From: Thermoanaerobaculia bacterium
Lineage (GTDB): Bacteria > Acidobacteriota > Thermoanaerobaculia > UBA5066 > Gp7-AA6
Direction of reading: 5' to 3'
DNA: 64,000 bases
Assembly: GCA_036271035.1 (NCBI GenBank)
Contig: DATBBK010000217.1
Coordinates: 3,833-67,832, forward strand
The notes beneath the pieces were generated by a model, which did not search any database, was not told where the DNA came from, and was given only the letters and a program-made list of their open reading frames with translations. Within the stretch, counting starts at the first letter, position 1; every line of letters begins with the position of its first letter. Positions 45,438 through 55,488 of this stretch are shown here, piece after piece. Both the position numbers and the translations under genes were made by a program.

Positions 45438-48041
45438 ATGCCGGAGGCCCGCCCGACCCTCTACCTGATCGACGCCATGTCGAACTTCCACCGGGCGTAC
45501 CACGCGATCCAGCGCCTCTCGACCTCCGCTGGCAAGCCGACCAACGCCGTCTACGGGTTCGTGACCATGCTCCGGAAGCTGATGCGCGAGCACTCCCCCG
45601 ACCTGGTCGCCGTCGCCTGGGACGGCCCCCAGCGCACCCAGCGCCACGAGGCGTACGCCCAGTACAAGGCGAATCGGGTCGCCATGGCGGACGACCTCGC
45701 CTCGCAGATCCCGGACGTCCGCGAGGTCCTCGACGCGTACCGAATCCCGATCCTCGAGCTGCCCGGCTATGAGGCCGACGACGTCATCGGCACCCTCGCG
45801 ACGCGCGGCGCCGCGGACGGCTACGACGTCGTCATCGTGACGGCCGACAAGGACATGCTCCAGCTCGTCAACCCGCGCGTCCGGGTCTTCCACACCGGCA
45901 AGGAGATGTTCCTCGACGAGGCGGGCGTCGAGACCTTCTTCGGCGTGCGGCCCGGACAGGTGGCCGACGTGCTCGCGCTCATGGGCGACAGCGTCGACAA
46001 CGTGCCCGGCGTGCCGGGCGTCGGGCAAGTCACGGCGAAGAAGTGGATCTCGCAGTACGGGAGCCTCGCCGCGCTCCTCGAGCGCGCCGCCGAGATCAAG
46101 GGCAAGGTCGGCGAGAGTCTGCGCCAGAACACCGAGTCGGCGCTGCTGTCCCGTCGGCTCGTCGGCATCCCGACGGATCTCCCGATCCCGTTCGACAAGA
46201 ACTCGCTGCGGCGGTCGGAGCCCGACTCGTCGCGGCTCAAGGAGATCTTCGTCCGCCTCGAGTTCCACTCGCTGGCCGCCGAGATCCAGGGCGAGTCCGC
46301 CCGGCCGCCCGAGGTCTCCGCGCGCCGGCTCGCACCGGGGGAGGCGTTCCCGCGGACCGACGGCCGCACCGGCGTGGCGCTCCTGAATCGCGGCGACCGG
46401 GTCCTCCTCGCGATCTCCGACGGAAGCGAGTCCGTCGTCGCCGAGGACACGGCTGCCGAGGTGCTGAAGCTCTGGGGCGCGGCCGACCGTCCGGGCGCGC
46501 GCTTCGCCATGGCCGACGCGAAGCCGCTCGAGAAGCACCTGCTCCGAGCCGGCAAGGCGATCGCCGGCGACATGTTCGACGTCTGCCTCGCGCAGTACGT
46601 GCTCTCCCCCGGTGTCGGCAGCTCCGAGGTCGAGCCGATGGCGTTCCAGCGCCTCGGCCAGCAGCTCATCGCCGACAAGGAGGCGAGCGTCGCCGGCTGC
46701 GAGCTGCCGGACGCGTACCAGATCGAGCAGGCGGACCGGTGGCTCGCGGAGCGTTCGTCCGCGTCGCTCGCGCTCGCAGACCCGCTCGCCTCCGAGCTCG
46801 CGGCGCGTCCGGAGCTCGACCGCATCTATAGAGACATCGAGCGGCCGCTCACGCGCGTGCTCGCTCGCATGGAGCTCGCGGGCGTCGCAATCGACCTCGC
46901 TCTGCTCGCCGAGATCTCCGAGCGCATGGAGCGCCAGCTCCGCGATCTCGAGGGACGGATCTGGGCGGAGGCCGGCGAGGAGTTCAACGTCAACTCGCCC
47001 GTCAAGCTCGCGCAGATCCTGTTCGAGAAGCTCGGTTACCCCGTCCTGAAGAAGACGGCCAAGACGCGGACGTCCTCGACGGGTTTCGAGGTCCTGAACG
47101 AGCTGTCGGAGCGCGGCTTCACGCTGCCCAAGCTCTTGCTCGAGTTCCGCGAGATCTCCAAGCTCAAGGGCACGTACGTGGACGCGCTCCCGCAGCTCGC
47201 GGACGCGGAGGCGCGCGTGCACACGTCGTTCCGGCAGACGGTCGCCGCGACGGGCCGCCTCTCCTCGTCGGATCCGAACCTGCAGAACATCCCCATCCGC
47301 ACCGAGGCCGGACGCGAGATCCGCAAGGCGTTCGTCGCGCCGCCCGGCCGCAGGCTCGTCGTCGCCGACTACTCCCAGATCGAGCTGCGCATCCTCGCGC
47401 ACATGTCGGGCGACTCGGCGCTGATCCGCGCGTTCGAGGAGGGCCAGGACATCCACCGCGCCACGGCGGCGAAGATCTTCGGCGTCGCGCCCGACCTCGT
47501 CAGCCACGAGATGCGATTCGCCTCGAAGCGCATCAACTTCGCGCTGCTGTACGGAATGGCGGCGTTCACCCTCGGCAAGGAGCTCGGCGTGTCGACGCAC
47601 GAGGCGAAGAGCTACGTCGACTCGTACTTCGCCCAGTTCCCGAGCGTGCGCGCGACGCTGGACGGCATCGTCGAGAACGCAAGGAAGACGCGCGAGGTCA
47701 CGACGCTCTTCGGCCGCGTGCGGCCGATCCCGGACATCGTCGCGTCGAACCCGGCCGTCCGGTCGAACGCGGAGCGCATGGCGCTCAACGCGCCGTTTCA
47801 GGGCACGGCGGCGGACGTGATCAAGATCGCGATGGTGCGCCTCGACGCGGCGCTCCCGAAGGCGGGACTGTCGGCGCGGGTGGTGCTCCAGGTCCACGAC
47901 GAGCTCGTCCTCGAGGCGCCGGAGGCGGAGGTCGTGGAGGTTTCGCGGGTGGTCGTCGAGGAGATGGAGGGCGCGGCGAGCCTGAAGGTCCGCCTCGCAG
48001 TCGACATCGGATCCGGGAGGAACTGGCTCGAGGCCAAGTGA
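45438..48041 (+). CDS. polA: DNA polymerase I (5'-3' exonuclease, inactive-looking 3'-5' exo region, polymerase domain)
   Basis: family-A motifs A/B/C (DYSQIELR, RRxAKxxNFGxxYG, QVHDELVLE) and N-terminal 5' nuclease. Confidence 0.9.
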   Translation: MPEARPTLYLIDAMSNFHRAYHAIQRLSTSAGKPTNAVYGFVTMLRKLMREHSPDLVAVAWDGPQRTQRHEAYAQYKANRVAMADDLASQIPDVREVLDAYRIPILELPGYEADDVIGTLATRGAADGYDVVIVTADKDMLQLVNPRVRVFHTGKEMFLDEAGVETFFGVRPGQVADVLALMGDSVDNVPGVPGVGQVTAKKWISQYGSLAALLERAAEIKGKVGESLRQNTESALLSRRLVGIPTDLPIPFDKNSLRRSEPDSSRLKEIFVRLEFHSLAAEIQGESARPPEVSARRLAPGEAFPRTDGRTGVALLNRGDRVLLAISDGSESVVAEDTAAEVLKLWGAADRPGARFAMADAKPLEKHLLRAGKAIAGDMFDVCLAQYVLSPGVGSSEVEPMAFQRLGQQLIADKEASVAGCELPDAYQIEQADRWLAERSSASLALADPLASELAARPELDRIYRDIERPLTRVLARMELAGVAIDLALLAEISERMERQLRDLEGRIWAEAGEEFNVNSPVKLAQILFEKLGYPVLKKTAKTRTSSTGFEVLNELSERGFTLPKLLLEFREISKLKGTYVDALPQLADAEARVHTSFRQTVAATGRLSSSDPNLQNIPIRTEAGREIRKAFVAPPGRRLVVADYSQIELRILAHMSGDSALIRAFEEGQDIHRATAAKIFGVAPDLVSHEMRFASKRINFALLYGMAAFTLGKELGVSTHEAKSYVDSYFAQFPSVRATLDGIVENARKTREVTTLFGRVRPIPDIVASNPAVRSNAERMALNAPFQGTAADVIKIAMVRLDAALPKAGLSARVVLQVHDELVLEAPEAEVVEVSRVVVEEMEGAASLKVRLAVDIGSGRNWLEAK

Positions 48042-48074
48042 CCTGCGCGGCCGCGCCTCGCTCGGCATTCGCAG

Positions 48075-48362
48075 CTCATCCCGAGCGAGGCGAAAGATCC
48101 GCGAGTCGACACGCGGTGACGGCAAAGAAGGCGAACCCGTTCGGCCTTCGCCGGTCATCCCCAGCCCGCAGGCCAGAGGAATTCCTTTCGTAGCGGAAGC
48201 AGCGTCCGCGGATCATCCGAGCGCGAGGGATGCCCGAGTCCAGGCGGAGGATGGAGTCGATGTGGTGCGTCATCCTGAGCGAAGCGACGGATCCCCGAGT
48301 CGACACGAGAGAACCGCGAGGAAGCCGGGGATCCTTCGCCGCTGCGCGGCTCAGGATGACGC
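48075..48362. repeat. cluster of 2-3 palindromic MITE/REP-like repeats (half copies at ~48075-48105 and ~48211-48240; full copy 48270-48362 with TIRs GTCATCCTGAGCGAAGCGACGGATCC / GGATCCTTCGCCGCTGCGCGGCTCAGGATGAC)
   Basis: same family as 25109, 52846, 57039, 57884, 58950, 60057; shared inner motif GAGTCGACACG. Confidence 0.7.
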
Positions 48363-48568
48363 GCAAGTGGACAGCTGGAGGACCCTGTTCCTCTTCCCGG
48401 CGTAAGAGAGGGTCCTGATGCCATCGCGTCCCGGTCTGAGCAGGTCATCCGCAGGACCGGGGTCCACCGCCTCTGTCTGGAAAAGAGATGCGCCCCGCCC
48501 CGATGGTCGCGGACCGGAAAATCGGTCGTCCGAGCGACGATTTCTTCCCGCTATACTTCCCCCGCCTC

Positions 48569-49564
48569 ATGCGACTGAGAACACGGGCCTCGACGGTCGC
48601 GGCCGCTTTCGCCGCGCTGCCGCTCGCGAGCCTTCTGGCTCAGGCGCCGCCCGCGCCGACGCCCGCGCCCGAGGTCACGCTGCCGCCGGTCGAGGTTCCT
48701 GCGACCGGTTCGGTGGCGCCTGGGACCACGCCGCCGCCTCCCGCCGCGGTTCCACCGGTCGGACCGACGCCGGTTCCGGCCGCGACGGCGCTCCGGATCG
48801 TCGAAACGCCGGTCGTCTCGGTCGCGAAGCTCCCCGCCGAGAATCCGTTCGGCAGCACGCCCCAGGTGCCCGCCGCGCTCCCGCAGAAGCTTCCGTTCAA
48901 CGACGCGACCGTCTCGTCCGGGTTCTTCGTGTCGATTCACGTCGATCCGGCGGGACGCGCGGTGATGGCGCGGCGCGAGCGCGATCCCATTCCGTCGCTC
49001 GCCGCCGAGACGCTGAAGTCGCTCCAGCGCTGGACCCTGATTCCGGCGCGGCGAGGCGGCCAGCCCGTCGACACGTGGGGCGCATACCGCCTCGAATTGT
49101 CGGTCGAAGTGCGCTCGCCGAAAATCGCGCAGCTCTCGCTCACGCCGGTCGCGCCGACCGCGGCGCTTCCGAAGCCGTTCGACTGGCCGAACGAGACCGC
49201 GTGGCTCGACTCGCGCAAGACGGCGACGCCGACCGACGGCACGGTGCCGATCGTCGAGGTCGACACCGCGCCGATGCCGCAGAAGACGCCGTGGTCCGCC
49301 GACTCCTACAGGGGAACGTTCTCGGTCAAGTATTGGGTCAAGGTGGACAAGGCGGGCCGGATCGAGAAGGCGATCCCAATCGACGTGAGCGACCCGGTCC
49401 TGCTGTCGTACTTCCGCCAGGCGATGAACGGCTGGATCCTCAAGCCCGCAATGGCGGGCGGCGCGCCGGTCGCGACCTGGAACGAGCTCTCGCTGTCGGG
49501 AACCGTCTCGTACTCGGTCGACCTGAAGCAGATCTCCGCGCTGCGGAGGCCGATCGGGTCATAA
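48569..49564 (+). CDS. secreted Pro-rich protein with two TonB-C-like domains
   Basis: signal peptide MRLRTRASTVAAAFAALPLASLLAQA; Pro-rich linker; two C-terminal modules resembling the TonB C-terminal fold. Confidence 0.45.
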   Translation: MRLRTRASTVAAAFAALPLASLLAQAPPAPTPAPEVTLPPVEVPATGSVAPGTTPPPPAAVPPVGPTPVPAATALRIVETPVVSVAKLPAENPFGSTPQVPAALPQKLPFNDATVSSGFFVSIHVDPAGRAVMARRERDPIPSLAAETLKSLQRWTLIPARRGGQPVDTWGAYRLELSVEVRSPKIAQLSLTPVAPTAALPKPFDWPNETAWLDSRKTATPTDGTVPIVEVDTAPMPQKTPWSADSYRGTFSVKYWVKVDKAGRIEKAIPIDVSDPVLLSYFRQAMNGWILKPAMAGGAPVATWNELSLSGTVSYSVDLKQISALRRPIGS

Positions 49565-49568
49565 GCAC

Positions 49569-49588
49569 ATATTAGCTACGGCTAATAT
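49569..49588. promoter_or_regulatory. palindrome ATATTAGC-tacg-GCTAATAT (core ATTAGC-N4-GCTAAT)
   Basis: perfect 8-bp arms; same core as 61055..61070; lies in the convergent intergenic region between the TonB-like gene and selB. Confidence 0.3.
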
Positions 49589-49693
49589 ATCCTCGGTCCT
49601 CGCGTTACCGAGACGAACGTCCGTGCGCAGCCCGTCCCCAGGCTTCGCGATCCTTCTAGCGGGTGCGGAGGGGAGAGGACCCTTCTCTTAGGC

Positions 49694-51592
49694 TCAGCTC
49701 TTGACGATCTCCCGCTTGTCTCCCACGCGGCGCGTGACCTTGGTCGCGTCGAGGTGCTCGAGCAGCGGGATCGCGAGCTTGCGAGTGAGACGGAACATCT
49801 CCTTGAACTCCGGGACGTCGAGCGAGCTCCGGCCTGACGCGCGCAGGCGCGAGGCGACGCCGTCCACGGCCTCCTTCGACATGATCCAGCCGCCGGGCAG
49901 CCGGATGAGCGCGCCGCGCTTGACGAGATAGGCGACGAGGCCCTCGACGACCTTCTGCCGGTGGGAGAGCGTCAGCGCGGCCTCCGCGGGCGACGGCGGA
50001 TCGAGGCCGCGGTCCGCGTAGAGCTTCGCGATGCGCCCGGCGAGGTCGCGCTCCGGCGTGGGCAGGTCGTCGCGGCCCGGCGCGCGCGCCTCCTCGCCGG
50101 CGACGACGATGGCGCCGCGCGCGACGAGCGCGGCCTCGATCGCCTCCGCCCAGCGCGCGTCGGCGCCGGGAACGAGCCGCTGCAGGAGCGTCCGCCGCGA
50201 CGCGCCGATGGAGCCGGCTCCGGACGACGCCAGGCTCTCGATCTCGGACGCGGCGCGCGATGCGAGACGCGCCAGCGGCGCCTCGGCGACGTAGCGATCC
50301 GGCGTGCGGCGCAGCACGTGGATCACCTTCTTCGAGATGGGATCCCGCAACGCGTCGCGGACCGCATCGGCCGAGGTCCCGGCGCGGCGCGCCAGCTCCT
50401 CGTCGGACACGCCGCGCTCGCGCGCCTCCTCGATCCAGACGAGGAGCCGCTCCGTCGCCGAGCCGCTCTCGAGGCGGGCCAGGCGCTCCGTTCGCGCCGC
50501 GTCCGCGCGGCCGCGAGCTGCGGCCGGCAGCGGGTCGAGCACGACGCCCCCGCCGATCGTCTCGACGGGCGACAGCCTGCGGATGACGAAGCGATCGCCG
50601 GGCACCGCGGCGATGGGTTCGACGAGGCGCAGCTCGACTATGGCGCCGGAGCCCGGAGCGATCTCGCGACCCGCGAGCGAGCGCACGCGTGCGCGCGACT
50701 CCGACGCGAAGTGATGGAACGCGACCCGGTCGCCGTTGCGAAGGACACGCGAGCCGGGAAGCAGATCGAGCCGCGCGAGGATTCTCTTCGTGACGGGCAG
50801 CGCGTCCGGCGGCGCGAGCGTCTGGCCGCGACGAAGGTCCGCGAGCTCGACGCCAGCCAGGTTGGCGCTCACGCGCTCGCCGGCGCGCGCCTCGGCGACC
50901 TCGCGCCCGTGGACCTCCACCCGGCGGACACGCACCGGCTTCCGGTCCGGCAGGAGCTCGAGTTTCTGCTCGCGCGAGACCGCGCCCGAGACGAGGCTGC
51001 CCGTGATGACCGGACCGAAGCCCGGGATCGAGAAGGCGCGGTCGATCGGCAGGCGCGGCGGGCGCTCGTCCCGCTCGGTCGCGGCCGTCTCGGCGAGGGT
51101 GACGAGGATCGCCTTCAGCTCTTCGATCCCCTCGCCGGTTTTGGCGGAGACCGGCGCGACCGGCGATCCCTCGAGAAACGAGCCGGCGACCAGGTCGCGC
51201 ACGTCCGAGATCGTGACCGCCACGAGGTCCGAGGGCACGCGGTCGATCTTCGTCACGGCCACCGCACCGGTGCGGATCCCGAGCATGCGGACGATCTCGA
51301 AGTGCTCGCGCGTCTGCGGCATCACCGACTCGTCGGCCGCGACCACCAGCAGGACCGCCTGGATCCCGCCCGCGCCGGCGAGCATGTTGCGCACGAACCG
51401 CTCGTGGCCGGGCACGTCGACGAACGAGAAGCTGACGCCGCCCCACTCCGCGTGGGCGAACCCGAGGTCGATCGTGATTCCGCGACGCTTCTCCTCGGGC
51501 AGGCGGTCGGCGTCGATGCCGGTTAGCGCCTTGACCAGCGCGGTCTTCCCGTGGTCGATGTGTCCGGCGGTGCCGATGAGAAACCGCTTCAC
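49694..51592 (-). CDS. selB: selenocysteine-specific elongation factor SelB
   Basis: GTP-binding motifs ([18 protein letters not shown]), EF-Tu-like domains II/III and C-terminal winged-helix SECIS-binding domains. Confidence 0.85.
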   Translation of the reverse strand: MKRFLIGTAGHIDHGKTALVKALTGIDADRLPEEKRRGITIDLGFAHAEWGGVSFSFVDVPGHERFVRNMLAGAGGIQAVLLVVAADESVMPQTREHFEIVRMLGIRTGAVAVTKIDRVPSDLVAVTISDVRDLVAGSFLEGSPVAPVSAKTGEGIEELKAILVTLAETAATERDERPPRLPIDRAFSIPGFGPVITGSLVSGAVSREQKLELLPDRKPVRVRRVEVHGREVAEARAGERVSANLAGVELADLRRGQTLAPPDALPVTKRILARLDLLPGSRVLRNGDRVAFHHFASESRARVRSLAGREIAPGSGAIVELRLVEPIAAVPGDRFVIRRLSPVETIGGGVVLDPLPAAARGRADAARTERLARLESGSATERLLVWIEEARERGVSDEELARRAGTSADAVRDALRDPISKKVIHVLRRTPDRYVAEAPLARLASRAASEIESLASSGAGSIGASRRTLLQRLVPGADARWAEAIEAALVARGAIVVAGEEARAPGRDDLPTPERDLAGRIAKLYADRGLDPPSPAEAALTLSHRQKVVEGLVAYLVKRGALIRLPGGWIMSKEAVDGVASRLRASGRSSLDVPEFKEMFRLTRKLAIPLLEHLDATKVTRRVGDKREIVKS

Positions 51593-51783
51593 GCAGAAAG
51601 AATGTCACGAAGCCGACAGGCTGCGGCGCCGGGCGGACGGCGGCCAGGCGGGCGGCGGCGCGAGACGTCGGGGCGCTCTGCGGTTCTCCGACGCGCCGTC
51701 CGGCTGGCCTGCCGGTGCCCTGTTCCTCCGGCATCATCGCCTTGAGGTGTCGACCTCGCCGCGCTTGCGATAGCCTCCCGCCC

Positions 51784-52224
51784 ATGCAGATGTCCCGCTT
51801 CGAAGACGACCTCAAGACCGCCATGAAGAGCGGTGACAAGCGACGCGTCGCGACCCTGCGTCTCGTCCTCGCCGCGCTCAAGAACGAGCGGATCCAGGCC
51901 GGCCGCGACGTGACGGCCGAGGAGGTCGACGCCGCCCTGCGCCGCGCCGTCAAGCAGCGCAAGGACTCGATCGAGCAGTACACGAAGGGCGGACGGCAGG
52001 ATCTGGTCGACGCCGAGACCGAGGAGCTCGCGATCCTGGAGGGCTACCTTCCGAAGGGAATGACCGACGACGAGGTCGAGGCGGCGCTCAAGGCGGTCAT
52101 CGCCGAGAAGGGCCTCTCGTCCTCGCGCGACGTCGGTCTCGCGATGAAGGAGCTGATGGCGCGCCACAAGGGGAGCGTCGACGGAAAGAAGGCGCAGGAG
52201 ATCGCCCGGCGTCTGCTGCCGTGA
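51784..52224 (+). CDS. GatB/YqeY domain protein
   Basis: YqeY-like helical protein (DDLKTAMKSGDKRRVATLRLVLAALKN...). Confidence 0.7.
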   Translation: MQMSRFEDDLKTAMKSGDKRRVATLRLVLAALKNERIQAGRDVTAEEVDAALRRAVKQRKDSIEQYTKGGRQDLVDAETEELAILEGYLPKGMTDDEVEAALKAVIAEKGLSSSRDVGLAMKELMARHKGSVDGKKAQEIARRLLP

Positions 52225-52838
52225 GATCCGCCGACTCCGCGCCTCCCGATCCGGCGGCTCCGAGCGGCAGCCGGACCGGCCGGGACGAGATCGAGATCAA
52301 GCTGCCCGCCGCGGATCTCGCGGCCGTCCGTGCACGGTTGCGCGACGGCGGCGCGACGCCGAAGTCGCCGGAGCATGCCGAGGTCGACGACCTCTATGAC
52401 GACCGCGAGCGGCGACTCTCCGCGAGCGGCCGCGCGCTCCGTCTCCGCCGCGCCGGTGGCCGCGCGATCCTGACCTACAAGGGTCCCGCGCGCTTCCAGG
52501 CCGGAGCGAAGATCCGCGAGGAGCGAGAGGTCGGCGTCGACGACCCGGAGGAGGCGGCGGCGATCCTCGAGCGCCTCGGATTCGAGCGGCGCTTCCGCTA
52601 CGAGAAACGCCGCGAGGAGTGGACCTGGGAGGACTGCGTGATCGCGCTCGACGCGACTCCGATCGGGACGTTCGTCGAGATCGAGGGCGACCCGGCGGCG
52701 ATCCGGCACCTGGTGACTCGGCTCGGCCTCGACGCCGCCGAGGCGATCCCGTACTCGTACGCCGAGCTCTACGTGCGCCGCCGCAAGGAGCAGCCGTCGC
52801 TTCCTCCGGACATGGTCTGGGAGACGGAGAAGGCGTGA
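52221..52838 (+). CDS. CYTH domain protein (class IV adenylyl cyclase / triphosphatase-like)
   Basis: N-terminal EIEIK motif and the alternating acidic/basic beta-strand pattern of CYTH (EVDDLYDD...RLR...ILTYKG...REE). Confidence 0.75.
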   Translation: MRSADSAPPDPAAPSGSRTGRDEIEIKLPAADLAAVRARLRDGGATPKSPEHAEVDDLYDDRERRLSASGRALRLRRAGGRAILTYKGPARFQAGAKIREEREVGVDDPEEAAAILERLGFERRFRYEKRREEWTWEDCVIALDATPIGTFVEIEGDPAAIRHLVTRLGLDAAEAIPYSYAELYVRRRKEQPSLPPDMVWETEKA

Positions 52839-52845
52839 ATTACTT

Positions 52846-52931
52846 GTCATCCCGAGCGGAGCGAGGGACCCCTTTCAGGGTCCCGTTTCGGCGCCGAAAA
52901 GAATTCCTCTCCACTTCGCTCCTCGGGATGA
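52846..52931. repeat. palindromic MITE/REP-like repeat copy (TIRs GTCATCCCGAGCGGAGCGAGGGACCCC / ...CTTCGCTCCTCGGGATGAG)
   Basis: starts 8 nt after the CYTH stop; contains internal palindromes GGGACCC-N6-GGGTCCC and TTTCGGCGCCGAAA. Confidence 0.65.
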
Positions 52932-53075
52932 GGAAGGTCCTTACGGCGCCCCGCGGGTGCGAATGGGAGATGAGCCCGACGGCATGGCTTGCTCGTCATC
53001 TCCAATCCAGCCGATGAATGCCGTCCAGCGGGCGGGGGCAAGCCCAGCCCCGACGACGGTCTACTCCTCGGCACG

Positions 53076-54104
53076 ATGAGGGCGATCCTTCTCTGCGCCG
53101 GGCGCGGCGTGCGGTTTCGTCCCGTGACCGAGCGCATCCCGAAGCCGCTCGTTCCCTTCCTCAACGTGCCGCTCGCGTCGGCGCACCTGCGCCGGCTTCA
53201 TGAGGCCGGCGTCGGCGAGGTAGCCGTTAATCTTCATCACCTCCCCGATGAGATCGAGGGCCACCTGCGCGAGCCGGCTCCGGGCCTGCCACAGCTCGCG
53301 TTTTTCCGCGAGCCGCAGATCCTCGGTACCGCCGGCGCTCTGCGCAATGCGGCGGAGTTTCTCGCGACGGACGACTTCCTGGTGGTCAACTCCGATGCCG
53401 CACTCGCCGCCGACTACGCCGGCCTCGTCGCCGCGCACCGCGCCTCCGGCCGCCCCGCGACGCTTCTCGTCGTCCAGAACCGGGAGCCGGAGCGCTACAC
53501 GCCGCTTCAGTCCAAAGGGGACCGCATCACGGCCTTCGGCGTCCGTGGACCAGATCCTCTCCTCTACACCGGCATCTGCGTTCTCGGCCCCGGGCTTTTG
53601 GAGCGGATCCCCGCCGGCGAGAGGGCGCTCGTCGCCGATCTCTGGCAGCCGCTTCTCGACTCCGGAGAAGAGATCGGCTTCGTGAGACACGACGGCCCGT
53701 TCGCCGATCTCGGCCGCGCGGGCGATTTCCTCCGCGCTTCGCTCGAAGCGCTCGCGCGCGGCGGAACGTTCCCCGCCGGCGCCGGCGCGTTCGACCGGAT
53801 GCGGCGCGTCCTCCACACGGCCGATCTGCCCGCGAACGTCGAGACGGCCGCCGCGGTCATCGGCGACGCCCGGGTCGGAAGCGGCGCCTCCGTCGTTCGG
53901 TCCGCCGTTTGGAGCGGGTGCCGCGTCGGGGACGGCGCCCGGCTCGACGGCTGCCTCCTCGCGCGCGGGCGCGTTCCCGCCGGGGCGCACTATCGCGAAT
54001 CCCTTCTCTGGGCGGACTCGCCGGGCGGCGACGTCGCCGTCCTTCCCCTCGATGATGACTCGCGGAGGGCTCATGGATTCCAGCCTCTCTCCCCGCGCCG
54101 GTAA
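53076..54104 (+). CDS. sugar-phosphate nucleotidyltransferase with C-terminal left-handed beta-helix domain
   Basis: N-terminal G-x-G-x-R motif LLCAGRGVRFRP, then an NTP-transferase fold and LbH-like repeats. Confidence 0.7.
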   Translation: MRAILLCAGRGVRFRPVTERIPKPLVPFLNVPLASAHLRRLHEAGVGEVAVNLHHLPDEIEGHLREPAPGLPQLAFFREPQILGTAGALRNAAEFLATDDFLVVNSDAALAADYAGLVAAHRASGRPATLLVVQNREPERYTPLQSKGDRITAFGVRGPDPLLYTGICVLGPGLLERIPAGERALVADLWQPLLDSGEEIGFVRHDGPFADLGRAGDFLRASLEALARGGTFPAGAGAFDRMRRVLHTADLPANVETAAAVIGDARVGSGASVVRSAVWSGCRVGDGARLDGCLLARGRVPAGAHYRESLLWADSPGGDVAVLPLDDDSRRAHGFQPLSPRR

Positions 54105-54685
54105 AAGAGGATCCGGACCTTCGCCGTCCTTCCGTACACGCGCACGACACCCATGCGGTCGTGGCCGTCCCAGAGATAGACGGATCCGGGCGTGCTCTCC
54201 CCGAGCGGGCTGAACGAACAGATGTCGGAGCTGTTGAACCGGATCGGATCGTCGATTCGGTCGAGGTAGCCCGACCCGGACGGATCGGGGACGCGGACGC
54301 CGGTCATGATCGCCGGCAGGACGTCGTTGCGCGACCAGGGAATCGAGACTCCGAGATATCGGTCGACGCCGCTGTCGATCTCGGCCGTCCTGACGCCGTT
54401 GCCGTTGCGGTCCGCGTAGAGCGCCCACTCGTAACGGTCGCCGTTGCGCCGGAACTTCAGGCCGACGTTGCGGTTCTGCGAGATGGCGTAGCTGCGCGCC
54501 ATGAAGAACGCGACGGTCGTCTCGTGCGCGGCCGATCGGATGGCGACGGACTGGCGGAGGTCGAGGACGCTCGGCGTCGCGAGCAGCAGGACGAAGTTCG
54601 CGAGGATCACGCCGACGAGCAGATCGAGAGCGGTGAAGCCGGCGTCGCGGCGGTCCGGGCGATGGAAAAGGGGCCCGGGGCCCAT
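54071..54685 (-). CDS. type IV pilus/T2SS minor pseudopilin (GspH/FimT-like)
   Basis: prepilin N-terminal methylation motif (RRDAGFTALDLLVGVILANFVLLLA) after ATG 54685. Confidence 0.6.
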   Translation of the reverse strand: MGPGPLFHRPDRRDAGFTALDLLVGVILANFVLLLATPSVLDLRQSVAIRSAAHETTVAFFMARSYAISQNRNVGLKFRRNGDRYEWALYADRNGNGVRTAEIDSGVDRYLGVSIPWSRNDVLPAIMTGVRVPDPSGSGYLDRIDDPIRFNSSDICSFSPLGESTPGSVYLWDGHDRMGVVRVYGRTAKVRILFYRRGERGWNP

Positions 54686-54708
54686 CGGGCCCCGGGCGGG
54701 CGAAGCGG

Positions 54709-55110
54709 TCACCGTCCCTTGCCCGCGGAGACGGCGTTGGAGGGCTTCTCGCTCGCCGCCGAGGGAGAGGAACGGCGAGAAGAAGTGGAGAGGCGAACCT
54801 TGGCGTGGATCGTCGTGGGACCGTTGACGGCGAGATACGGCTTGAGGCTCGCGTAGAGCTTCTCCCCGATCCCCTTCACCTCCATGAGCTCCTCGGTGCG
54901 GGTGAAGGGCTTCTCCTTGCGGCGCTCGACGATGCGATCGGCGACCTTCGCGCCGACGCGCGGAAGATACGCGAGCTCCGCGGCCGTCGCGGTGTTGATG
55001 TTGACCTTCTTGCCGGACTCCTTCTCGGCGTCCTCGGCGAACGCGAGCGCCGAGAGACCCGTGCAGAGGAGCAGGGCCAGGCAGGCGACACGGATTCGGG
55101 ATGCGGTCAT
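54709..55110 (-). CDS. comEA: ComEA-like helix-hairpin-helix DNA-binding protein
   Basis: signal peptide + HhH motif (VNINTATAAELAYLPRVGAKVADRIVERR...ELMEVKGIGEKL). Confidence 0.7.
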   Translation of the reverse strand: MTASRIRVACLALLLCTGLSALAFAEDAEKESGKKVNINTATAAELAYLPRVGAKVADRIVERRKEKPFTRTEELMEVKGIGEKLYASLKPYLAVNGPTTIHAKVRLSTSSRRSSPSAASEKPSNAVSAGKGR

Positions 55111-55488
55111 GTGCGTCTCCATTTCGAGTCGTTGCGATGTCTCGATGTCGTAGCGATGACGTGAGCGAGATTCGGGAAAGAGTTCTTCGTTGCATTCGTG
55201 TGTCCTCATCGGCTTCCTGACGATCAGGCGTTCTCCATCGGCACCTCCTTTCGAAGGAGGCGTGGATCGCGAGCGGCGTGCCGGGACGCGGCGTGGTGAT
55301 GAAGTGGCCGAGCGGGAAGCACTTAGCGCCGTCGCCGCGCGTCCGGCTCGAGTCGCGGACCGTCAAGAAATTCGACGCCCGCGCCGGCCGCCGCGGTGTT
55401 TCGCGCGCGAGGTGCGCCGCGCCGGCGCCGTCAACGCAACTTGTCGGGTGTCCGTTTTCTTGTCGGTGTGCCGTGTAGACTCCGCCGG

